Shown here piece by piece: positions 26,186-33,980 of a DNA stretch of 64,000 nt. The stretch is taken from the NCBI GenBank assembly GCA_019116585.1, contig DXBJ01000013.1:5799-69798 (forward strand), in the 5' to 3' direction. The notes below the pieces were generated by a model. It saw nothing but the letters and a program-made list of their open reading frames with translations. It searched no databases and was not told the DNA's origin. Source of the stretch: Candidatus Faecalibacterium gallistercoris. GTDB lineage: Bacteria; Bacillota; Clostridia; Oscillospirales; Ruminococcaceae. The translations under genes were made by a program, and so were the position numbers. Each line of letters begins with the position of its first letter. The first letter of the stretch is position 1.

Positions 26186-27428
26186 CGACGAGCCCCTGGT
26201 CCTGATCGGCCTGCAGGGGATGCTGGAATGGGAAAAACTGGGCTACACCGTCTGCGGCACCGCCCGCAACGGCAGGATCGCCCAGGAACTGATCGAGCGG
26301 GAACAGCCCGACATCGTCATCGCCGACGTCAAGATGCCGGTGATGGACGGGCTGGACCTGGCCCGGGCCTGCCACGAAAAAGGGCCCCTGCCCGTCTTTA
26401 TCATGCTGACCAGCTCGGAGGATTTCAGCTACGCCCGCCGGGCCATCGAGGCGGGGGTGGTGGACTATCTGGTCAAGATGGAGCTGACCCCCCAGAGCCT
26501 CTGCGACGCTCTGGCCCGGGCCGCCGAACAGGTCCAGAAAGAGAAGGCCCTCCACGATACGCCCCCGCGCATGCCCTCCCGCACCGAGATGGAAGCCGGC
26601 CTGCGCACCCTGCAGGACCGCTTCCTGATCCGGCTGTACGCCGGGCTGATCCCCGACCAGGAACACCTGCAAAAGGAGAAAAAGGGCCTGGAGCTGCCCC
26701 TGGAGGGCTGCCTGGCGGCGGCCTGCTGCGAGATCCTGCCCGCCAAGGCCGGCATGACCAGCGAGCAGCTGCTCAAGCTGAACCTGGCCTGCTGCCAGAT
26801 GCTGGAGACCACCCTGCACAACTATCTTTCGGTCCACGCCACCGGCACCGACGTGCTCCACTTCAACGTGCTGTTCGCCCTCCCGGAAGAGCCCGCCGGG
26901 GGCCTCAAAGCCCTGCTGGAACCCCTGCTGAAAAAGGCCAGCCAGATCGTCTACAATTACTTTTCGGCCCGGCTGCTGTGGGCGGTGGGCCGCCCGGTCC
27001 AAGACCCCCTCAGCCTCTCCCGCCGCTGCCGGGAGCTGGACACCATCCGGGTGCTGTTGTCCGAGGCCGAGCCCATCCTCTTTGCCGTGGACCTGGAAAG
27101 CGACGCCACCGCCTCCAAGCTGCAGACGGTGGCCCAGGTCAAGGCCTATATCCGGGAGCACCTGTCCGAAAAGCTGACCCTGGCCGACGTGGCCGCCGTA
27201 TTCAATTTTTCGCCGGGCTACCTCAGCCAGCTGTTTGGCCGGTACGGGGGCGGCTTTGTGGAATATATCACCGAAGTGCGGGTGGCCGCCGCCAAGGAAA
27301 TGCTGGAAAAAGGGGACAAGAAGATCTACGAGATCGCGGAAGAGCTGGGGTTTGAAAGCTCCTTCTATTTTTCCAAGGTCTTTAAAAAGTCCACCGGCCT
27401 CAGCCCCCGGGAATACCAGCAGAAATAA
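26163..27428 (+). CDS. Response regulator with AraC-type HTH output (YesN-like)
   Basis: Receiver domain MLRILLADDEP...DIVIADVKMPVMDG and C-terminal AraC HTH (...IYEIAEELGFESSFYFSKVFKKSTGLSPREY). Confidence 0.85.
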   Translation: MLRILLADDEPLVLIGLQGMLEWEKLGYTVCGTARNGRIAQELIEREQPDIVIADVKMPVMDGLDLARACHEKGPLPVFIMLTSSEDFSYARRAIEAGVVDYLVKMELTPQSLCDALARAAEQVQKEKALHDTPPRMPSRTEMEAGLRTLQDRFLIRLYAGLIPDQEHLQKEKKGLELPLEGCLAAACCEILPAKAGMTSEQLLKLNLACCQMLETTLHNYLSVHATGTDVLHFNVLFALPEEPAGGLKALLEPLLKKASQIVYNYFSARLLWAVGRPVQDPLSLSRRCRELDTIRVLLSEAEPILFAVDLESDATASKLQTVAQVKAYIREHLSEKLTLADVAAVFNFSPGYLSQLFGRYGGGFVEYITEVRVAAAKEMLEKGDKKIYEIAEELGFESSFYFSKVFKKSTGLSPREYQQK

Positions 27429-27441
27429 GGGAGATCTTGCC

Positions 27442-29238
27442 ATGTTATCGGAACGCCTGTCTTACCTGCCCGAGACGCTGCCCTCCTTCCGGCCCTGTCC
27501 GCCCGCCGCCGGGCGGGCAGAGTGGGGCCAGCTGCCCTCTTCGGCGCGCAGCCGGCTGCTTGCCGCCGGCGAGGCCGAGGCCGCCCGGCCCCTGGCCCCG
27601 CTGCCCCTGACCCTCTGGCTGGACTTTGTCCGCACCGGCCAGCGGGCCGAATGGGAGGCTGCCTGCTTTTCCCGCCGGGCCAGGCTCTGCGCCCTGGCCG
27701 CCGCCGAGTGCGTCGAGTACCGGGGCCGCTTCCTGGACGGCATCGCCGGCGCCGTCTGGGCCATCTGTGAAGAAAGCGCCTGGCAGCTGCCCGCCCACAA
27801 CGCCTACGTCCGGGACACCCCCCAGCTGCCCCTGCCCGACACCGCCCGCCCCCTGATCGACCTGTTTGCCGCCGAGGCCGGGGCCCTGCTGGCCACCGTC
27901 CATTTCCTGCTGGGGCCCGAGCTGGAGGCCGCATACCCCGGCCTGACCAGCCGGATGGAGCGGGAGATCCGGGCCCGCATCCTGACCCCCTACCTCCACG
28001 ACCACTTCTGGTGGATGGGCAACGGGGACGAGCCCATGTGCAACTGGACCAGCTGGTGCACCCAAAATGTCCTGCTCTGCTTTTTCCTGCTGCCCAACGT
28101 GGGCCAGGAAGAGCGGCGGGCCGCCGTCCGGCAGGCCGCCTACAGCCTGGACTGCTTCCTCAAGGACTACGGCCCCGACGGCTGCTGCAACGAGGGGGCC
28201 CAGTATTACCGCCACGCCGGCCTGACCCTCTGGGGCGCCCTGCACATCCTGTCCGCCGTGGCGCCCCAGGCGTTTGCGCCCCTGTTTGACCAGCCCAAGA
28301 TCAAAAACATCGCCGAATACATCCGGAACGTCCATGTGGACGGCCCCTATTACCTCAACTTCGGGGACTGCAGCCCCCTGGCCGGCCGCTGCGGCGCCCG
28401 GGAGTTCCTCTTTGCCAAGGCGGTGGGCAGCCAGTCCCTGGCCGCCCTGGCCGCCGCCGACTTTGCCGCCGACCCCGACCCCGACCGGCTGGAGGCCCAG
28501 GACCCCAGCAGCCGGATCAACCTGTGGTACCGGCTGCTGACCGCCTTCACCGAGGCGGAGCTGCAGGTCTACCCCCGGCAGGCCGGCCCGGCCCCCGACG
28601 TCTGGTACCCCAGCACAGGGGTGTTCTCGGCCCGGCGGGGCGGCTGGGTGCTGGGGGCCAAGATGGGCGGCAACGGGGACAGCCACAACCACAACGACAC
28701 CGGCAGCATCACCGTCTATAAAAACGGCCGCCCCTTCCTGATCGACATCGGGGTGGAAAGCTACACCCAAAAGACCTTCAGCCCCAGGCGCTACGAGATC
28801 TGGACCATGCAGAGCGGCTGGCACAACCTGCCCACCTTTGACGGCGTCATGCAGCTGCCCGGCGCAGACTACGCCGCCCGCGACGTCCGGGTGGGGGACG
28901 GCGTCATCTCGGCCGAGCTGGCGGGGGCCTACCCGCCCGTGCCCGGCCTGACGTACTACCGGCGGACCGCTGCCGTCACCCCCGAAGGGGTCGCCCTGAC
29001 CGACCAGACCGACTGGGACGGCGAGGTAGAGCTGACCCTGATGACCGAGCGGCAGCCCAGCCTGTGCGACGGGGGCCTCGCCCTGGAGGAGCTGGGTGTC
29101 ATCCATCTGGACGGCCCGGCGGAGATCAGCGTCCAGCCGGTGCCGGTGAGCGACCCCCGGCTCCGCACCGCCTGGCCCTATACCATCTGGAAAATCAGCC
29201 TCTATTTTTATCACCATATACATCTGACCCTGACCTGA
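27442..29238 (+). CDS. Heparinase II/III-like protein (putative polysaccharide lyase)
   Basis: GDSHNHNDTGSITVYKNGRPFLIDIG motif typical of the Hepar_II_III C-domain. Start at ATG 27442 after AAGGGAG (the ORF-track start lies inside the upstream gene). Confidence 0.7.
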   Translation: MLSERLSYLPETLPSFRPCPPAAGRAEWGQLPSSARSRLLAAGEAEAARPLAPLPLTLWLDFVRTGQRAEWEAACFSRRARLCALAAAECVEYRGRFLDGIAGAVWAICEESAWQLPAHNAYVRDTPQLPLPDTARPLIDLFAAEAGALLATVHFLLGPELEAAYPGLTSRMEREIRARILTPYLHDHFWWMGNGDEPMCNWTSWCTQNVLLCFFLLPNVGQEERRAAVRQAAYSLDCFLKDYGPDGCCNEGAQYYRHAGLTLWGALHILSAVAPQAFAPLFDQPKIKNIAEYIRNVHVDGPYYLNFGDCSPLAGRCGAREFLFAKAVGSQSLAALAAADFAADPDPDRLEAQDPSSRINLWYRLLTAFTEAELQVYPRQAGPAPDVWYPSTGVFSARRGGWVLGAKMGGNGDSHNHNDTGSITVYKNGRPFLIDIGVESYTQKTFSPRRYEIWTMQSGWHNLPTFDGVMQLPGADYAARDVRVGDGVISAELAGAYPPVPGLTYYRRTAAVTPEGVALTDQTDWDGEVELTLMTERQPSLCDGGLALEELGVIHLDGPAEISVQPVPVSDPRLRTAWPYTIWKISLYFYHHIHLTLT

Positions 29239-29262
29239 CGGCAGGGAGAAAAGGAGTTCTGT

Positions 29263-30078
29263 ATGGAAACCATCAAGCTGAAAGTCCTGAACCAGACCGG
29301 CCACACCCTGATGACCTGCGACGCCGGCCAGGAGGTGTCCCTGGTGTATACCGGCGCCTACCAGCCCGGCGACCGCATCGCCATGGAGATCAGCCGCCCG
29401 GGCCAGTTCTGCGTGGTCCAGTTTGAGGACACCATGATGCCCGCCCTGATCTATGTGGCCCAGCGGGAGATCAACTTTTACATCCCCTTTGGGGAGCAGG
29501 CCATCACCTATTCGCCCAAGAGCTTCCAGGGCAGCCGGCACCTGATCCGGGCCCGCCTGGCCACCCCCGAAGAGCTGGCGGCGCGGCGCAACCTGGCCTT
29601 CAACTGCTACGACCAGCACGGGGACACCGGCTATTATCCCCACGCCTCGGCCAATGTGGAGACCCGGGGCGAGGCGGTGTTTGCCGCCCGCAACGCCATC
29701 GACGGCATCTTTGCCAACAGCTCCCACGGGGAATACCCCTACCAGAGCTGGGGCATCAACCGGGACCCCAACGCCGCCCTGACCCTGGACTTTGGCCGCG
29801 AGGTGCTGGTGGACGAGCTGCGGATCACCGAGCGGGCCGACTTCCCCCACGACAACTACTGGACCCGGGCCACCGTCACCTTCTCGGACGGCAGCAAGCT
29901 GGACATCCCTCTGGTCCAGAGCCGCAAGCCCCAGAGCATCACCTTCCCGCCCCGGCGGGTGCGCAGCCTGGTGCTGAGCCAGCTGATCCAGGCCGAGGGG
30001 CCCTCGCCTTTCCCGGCGCTGACCCAGATCGAGGCCTGGGGCCATGAGTGCCTGCAGGACGGGGAGGCGGAAGGATGA
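29263..30078 (+). CDS. Hypothetical carbohydrate-binding-like protein (galactose-binding-like C-domain)
   Basis: 271 aa. The C-terminal half (...NAIDGIFANSS...WGINRDPNAALTLDFGREVLVDELRI...) resembles F5/8-type-C / discoidin-like modules. Translationally coupled to the next gene. Confidence 0.45.
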   Translation: METIKLKVLNQTGHTLMTCDAGQEVSLVYTGAYQPGDRIAMEISRPGQFCVVQFEDTMMPALIYVAQREINFYIPFGEQAITYSPKSFQGSRHLIRARLATPEELAARRNLAFNCYDQHGDTGYYPHASANVETRGEAVFAARNAIDGIFANSSHGEYPYQSWGINRDPNAALTLDFGREVLVDELRITERADFPHDNYWTRATVTFSDGSKLDIPLVQSRKPQSITFPPRRVRSLVLSQLIQAEGPSPFPALTQIEAWGHECLQDGEAEG

Positions 30079-31496
30079 GCTGGTTTGACTCCCTGTATGG
30101 GCGGCCCGGCCGGGGCGTGGACCCGCACGAGCCTGAAAAGAAGGGCCTTGCCCGCTTTGCCCAGATGGTGGGCCGGGACTTTGGCCAGCTGATCGCCACC
30201 AACTTTCTGACCTGCCTGCTGATCCTGCCGGCGGCGCTGGGGGTATCCCTGGGGGTCATCCTGCTGAACTTCCCCCTCACGCTGCTGGCCGGCCTCCTGA
30301 CCGGTCTGCCGGCCGGCATCGGCCTGCTGCTGATGGCCGACTGCTGCCTGCGCAGCCTGTGCAACGACCCTTCGCCCTGGCTGGACCGGGCTTCCCGCAC
30401 CATCCGTTCCCGCTGGAAAGCCGCCCTGCCCCTGGGCTCCCTGACCGTCACCCTGCTGGGAGGGCTGTCCTTTGTCTGGGCCTTCCTGTTTGCGGTGCTG
30501 GACCAGGGCGGGCAGTACCCCGGCGGGGCGGTGCTGGTGTTTCTGGGCTTTGACATGTTGGTGCTGGCGGTGGGCGGCAGCCTGGTGCTGGCGGTTTTGA
30601 CCGCCCTGCCCGCCGGTCAGGCCAGCCTGGGCGGGGCCCTGCGGGGGGCGGGGCACATGCTGCTGCTCAGCCCCGGCCGCTCCCTGGCCGGCAGCGGGGT
30701 CATCCTGGCCGGCGTGGCGGTGCTCATCCTGTTTTTCCCGGTCAGCACCTTCTGGGCCATCCTGTTCGGCTTCTGGCTGCCGGTGCTGGCAGCCATGCAG
30801 ATCTTTTTCCCGGCGCTGCGCCGGCTCTACGCGCTGGAGGTGGAAGCCCCCGAGGCCGGGCCCGAGCCCGACGCCTCCCTCACCGAAAAGCAGAAGCGGG
30901 CCGCCCGCCGGGCCAACTGGTGGCACTACCACTGGGGGCTGGTGGTGGCCGGGGTGGTGCTGGCGGCCTCGGTGGTCTATGTGATCCATGGGCTGAACAC
31001 CACCATCGACCCCGACTACTCGGTGGCGGTGGTCACCGCCGACACCCTGCCCGACGCCTCGGCCCAGCGGCTGCAGACCGTGCTGGAAAGCTACGGCCAG
31101 GACCGCAACCGGGACGGGGTGGTGGTGGTGGAGCTGAACGTCTACACCTGGAGCGCCGACGCCTCCCTCACCGACATGAACAGCCAGATGGCCGGCGCCA
31201 CCCGCATGAACACCGACCTGGCCAACGGCGCCAGCGGCATCTGGATCCTGGCCGACCCCGCCGGCTTTGAGGCAGCCTACGGCGCCCTGAGCGAGGCGTG
31301 GGGGGAGGACTGGGAGAGCCGCCTCATCAGCTGGACCGACGTGCCGGCCCTGGCACAGGCGGACCTTGGCAGCTACAACACCTCCGCCGACGGCTCCACC
31401 AGCCAGTCGGTACAGGAGCTGTTCTCCCGGTACAAGATTGCCGTCCTGCACGGGGAGGACGGCCTGTGGGATGCGATCACCGGACAGGACTCATAA
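30075..31496 (+). CDS. YesL/DUF624 family membrane protein with extra C-terminal domain
   Basis: N-terminus MSWFDSLYGRPG...FAQMVGRDFGQLIATNFL... is typical of DUF624. ATGA overlap with the upstream stop. Confidence 0.6.
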   Translation: MSWFDSLYGRPGRGVDPHEPEKKGLARFAQMVGRDFGQLIATNFLTCLLILPAALGVSLGVILLNFPLTLLAGLLTGLPAGIGLLLMADCCLRSLCNDPSPWLDRASRTIRSRWKAALPLGSLTVTLLGGLSFVWAFLFAVLDQGGQYPGGAVLVFLGFDMLVLAVGGSLVLAVLTALPAGQASLGGALRGAGHMLLLSPGRSLAGSGVILAGVAVLILFFPVSTFWAILFGFWLPVLAAMQIFFPALRRLYALEVEAPEAGPEPDASLTEKQKRAARRANWWHYHWGLVVAGVVLAASVVYVIHGLNTTIDPDYSVAVVTADTLPDASAQRLQTVLESYGQDRNRDGVVVVELNVYTWSADASLTDMNSQMAGATRMNTDLANGASGIWILADPAGFEAAYGALSEAWGEDWESRLISWTDVPALAQADLGSYNTSADGSTSQSVQELFSRYKIAVLHGEDGLWDAITGQDS

Positions 31497-31746
31497 ATCG
31501 TATCTTGTCGTTTTTTTGATAGTTTTTGTCTGGATAAAAATTGTTTTTGCCCCGTATTGGTTGTATGCTAATGGTGCGGGCAGGGAACGGCGACCCGGGC
31601 CCGCGGTCCTTCATAAGCAATACAGACAACAACACACGCAAGTAAGGGGCGGCCTGCACACAGACCGCTCCTTATTTGTTCCACAGCGCAACGCAGATGA
31701 GTTTTCCACAGCGGCTCCGTCTCGTTATGGAAAACCGGCTTTGCCG

Positions 31747-31787
31747 CAAAAAAATCCCGCCCGGAAGCAAAGGCTTCCCGGCGGGAC
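31747..31787 (-). terminator. Intrinsic terminator after mgtE
   Basis: Minus strand reads TCCCGCCGGGAAGC-CTTT-GCTTCCGGGCGGGA followed by TTTTTTTGCGG. Confidence 0.65.
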
Positions 31788-31844
31788 AAAGTTCGAACCG
31801 ATACAGCGCCGAAGGCTGCACGCCCCGGCGCTTTTTGTTTGCTG

Positions 31845-33455
31845 TCAGCCCATATAGGAGCGGAACACCACGGTGGCGATCTGGAAGTAGATCAGAAGGC
31901 TGCAGCAGTCCACAATGGTGGACAGGAAGGGGTTGGCCATGATGGCGGGGTCGAAGCCCAGCTTTTTGGCCCCCAGGGGCAGCAGGCCGCCCACCAGCTT
32001 GGCCAGGATGATGCTGAGGAACAGCGCCAAGCTGACCACCACCACATAATCCATGACGTTGGGGTACTGGCCGCCCCCGAACACGCCGTACATCAGCCAG
32101 ATGCGCAGGCCGTTGGCCGCGCCCAGCACCACCCCTACGATCATCGAGACTCGGAGCTCCTTGTACACCACCTTGAGGAAATCGGCGGGCTCGATCTCGT
32201 CCAGGGCCAGGCCGCGGACCATCTGGGTGCTGACCTGGTTGCCGCAGTTGCCGGCGGTGCCCATCAGCATGGGCATGAAGGAGACCAGCAGCGGCAGAGC
32301 CACAAAGGCCTGCTCGTAGTGGGTGGTGACCATGCCGGTGAAGGTGGCCGACAGCATCAGGATCATCAGCCAGGGGATGCGCTGCTTGGCGTGGGTCCAC
32401 ACGCTGGTGCCAAAGTAGGTGGTGGCCTCGTCGTCGGGGAGGATGGCCGCCATTTTCTGCATATCTTCGGTGGACTCTTCGGTCAGGACGTCGATGGCGT
32501 CGTCGATGGTGATGATGCCCACGAACATCCCTTCGTTGTCCAGGACCGGCATGGCGGTGAAGTCGTAGCGCTGCATCTCACGGGAGACGAACTCCTGGTC
32601 GTCGGTGACCCGCACCGCGATGACGTTTTCGTCCATGATCTCGGTGATGGGAGTATCCAGCTCGGCCAGCAGCAGGCTGCGGACCGATACGATGCCCAGC
32701 AGGCGGTTTTTGTCCACCACATAGCAGGTATAGAGGGTCTCAGCCTGTTCGCCCTGCTGGCGGATGGCCGCAAACGCCTGCTTGACGTTCATTTCCTTGC
32801 GCAGGCGGACATATTCCAGGGTCATCAGGCTGCCGGCCGAATTTTCGGGGTAGTGCAGCAGCTTGTTCAGGCTTTCGCGGGTCTGGGGGGAGGATTTTTC
32901 CAGCACCCGCTTGACCACCCCCGCGGGCATATCTTCCAGCAAGTCGGCGGCGTCGTCCAGGCTCATCTCCTCGATGGCGGTGATGAGCTCCACGTCGGTG
33001 AACTCATCCACCAGCTCGTCCCGGGCGTCGTCGGACATATAGGTGAAAACCTCGGTGGCCACTTCCTTTTTCAGCAGGCGGAACACCACCAGGCGGTTGT
33101 TTTCGTCCAGTTCTTCCAGCAGCTCGGCCAGGTCGGCGGGCTGCATATCCTCGGTCACTTCCCGCAGCTTGACATATTGCTTTTTCACCAGCAGTTTCAG
33201 CAGGCGGCTTTTGGTCAGCTTGTTGGGGGCGGGCGGGGCCTCCCGGGCTTCCTCTTTTTCGGCGTCCCGCACGTCCTGCCGCAGGTCCTCGGCGGCCTCC
33301 TTGTCGTTCAGGTCCCGGGCCAGCTTTTCCCGGACTTCGGCGGGGATGTCCGCCGGCAGCTCCTGGGCGGGCATTTGTTCCAGATGCTCATCCAAATGCC
33401 TGTCCAGGCCCTCCCGGGGGTCCTGGCCGAGGATGTCTTTCTCCTTTTTTTCCAT
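31845..33455 (-). CDS. mgtE: Magnesium transporter MgtE with acidic N-terminal extension
   Basis: MgtE_N, tandem CBS and C-terminal TM domain (...PWLMILMLSATFTG...GNCGNQ...). 536 aa, about 80 aa longer than usual at the N-terminus. Confidence 0.9.
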   Translation of the reverse strand: MEKKEKDILGQDPREGLDRHLDEHLEQMPAQELPADIPAEVREKLARDLNDKEAAEDLRQDVRDAEKEEAREAPPAPNKLTKSRLLKLLVKKQYVKLREVTEDMQPADLAELLEELDENNRLVVFRLLKKEVATEVFTYMSDDARDELVDEFTDVELITAIEEMSLDDAADLLEDMPAGVVKRVLEKSSPQTRESLNKLLHYPENSAGSLMTLEYVRLRKEMNVKQAFAAIRQQGEQAETLYTCYVVDKNRLLGIVSVRSLLLAELDTPITEIMDENVIAVRVTDDQEFVSREMQRYDFTAMPVLDNEGMFVGIITIDDAIDVLTEESTEDMQKMAAILPDDEATTYFGTSVWTHAKQRIPWLMILMLSATFTGMVTTHYEQAFVALPLLVSFMPMLMGTAGNCGNQVSTQMVRGLALDEIEPADFLKVVYKELRVSMIVGVVLGAANGLRIWLMYGVFGGGQYPNVMDYVVVVSLALFLSIILAKLVGGLLPLGAKKLGFDPAIMANPFLSTIVDCCSLLIYFQIATVVFRSYMG

Positions 33456-33829
33456 GGGTCAATACCTCCTCAATGTGTTATCGCAGGAGGGTACAGTCCA
33501 TCGCAAGACAAAAAAGGCGCAGCCTGCGGCAGGGGCTGCCTCCGCCCCGCCAAGCTGCGCCTGCACTTGTCACCATGCGCCTACACAGGAACAGGGGATA
33601 CCCGCAGGCTCCCCTCACACAGTCCACCCAAGAGGCAGCTCCCGGCCCGCAGCCGCGGCGCTGCCGCTTGTTTTTCCGTCATCCAGCCGTCCGGCCGGTG
33701 AACGCAGCTTTTTCATATTCCGATGCGCTGTACCGCTCGGATCTACTATGATCCGGGTCCATCGTTCTGCGTTCACCTCCCTGATCTGTGGTCAGTTTTG
33801 ATTATAACGCGCCCGGCCCGGCCGGTCAA
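33456..33829 (-). promoter_or_regulatory. mgtE promoter and ~340-nt structured leader with intrinsic terminator (riboswitch/attenuator candidate)
   Basis: Minus strand has TTGACC (33824-33829), 17-nt spacer, TATAAT (33801-33806). An 11-bp stem GGTGAACGCAG/CTGCGTTCACC (33697-33777) encloses a GGATC hairpin. A long GC hairpin plus TTTTTTG (33508-33561) sits ~50 nt before the ATG. Confidence 0.55.
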
Positions 33830-33980
33830 CCCCCAACCGAAATTTTACGCGGGTTTTGCATTCCCCGCCAGGGCGGCAGACAAAAAGCGCCCCGCCTTTC
33901 CTTGCGGAAAAGCGGGGCGCGGTCTATTTCCTCAGCTCAGGCTGCGCGCAGGCGCTGCCGGCGGGGCAGGGCGGTACAGC

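Noticed and set aside
33456-33800. Calling the mgtE leader an M-box riboswitch outright
   Set aside because: I could not find the conserved M-box core segments (for example GGGUCAACAG or GCUAAAGCUCUACG) by eye. It is kept as an unclassified leader pending a covariance-model scan.
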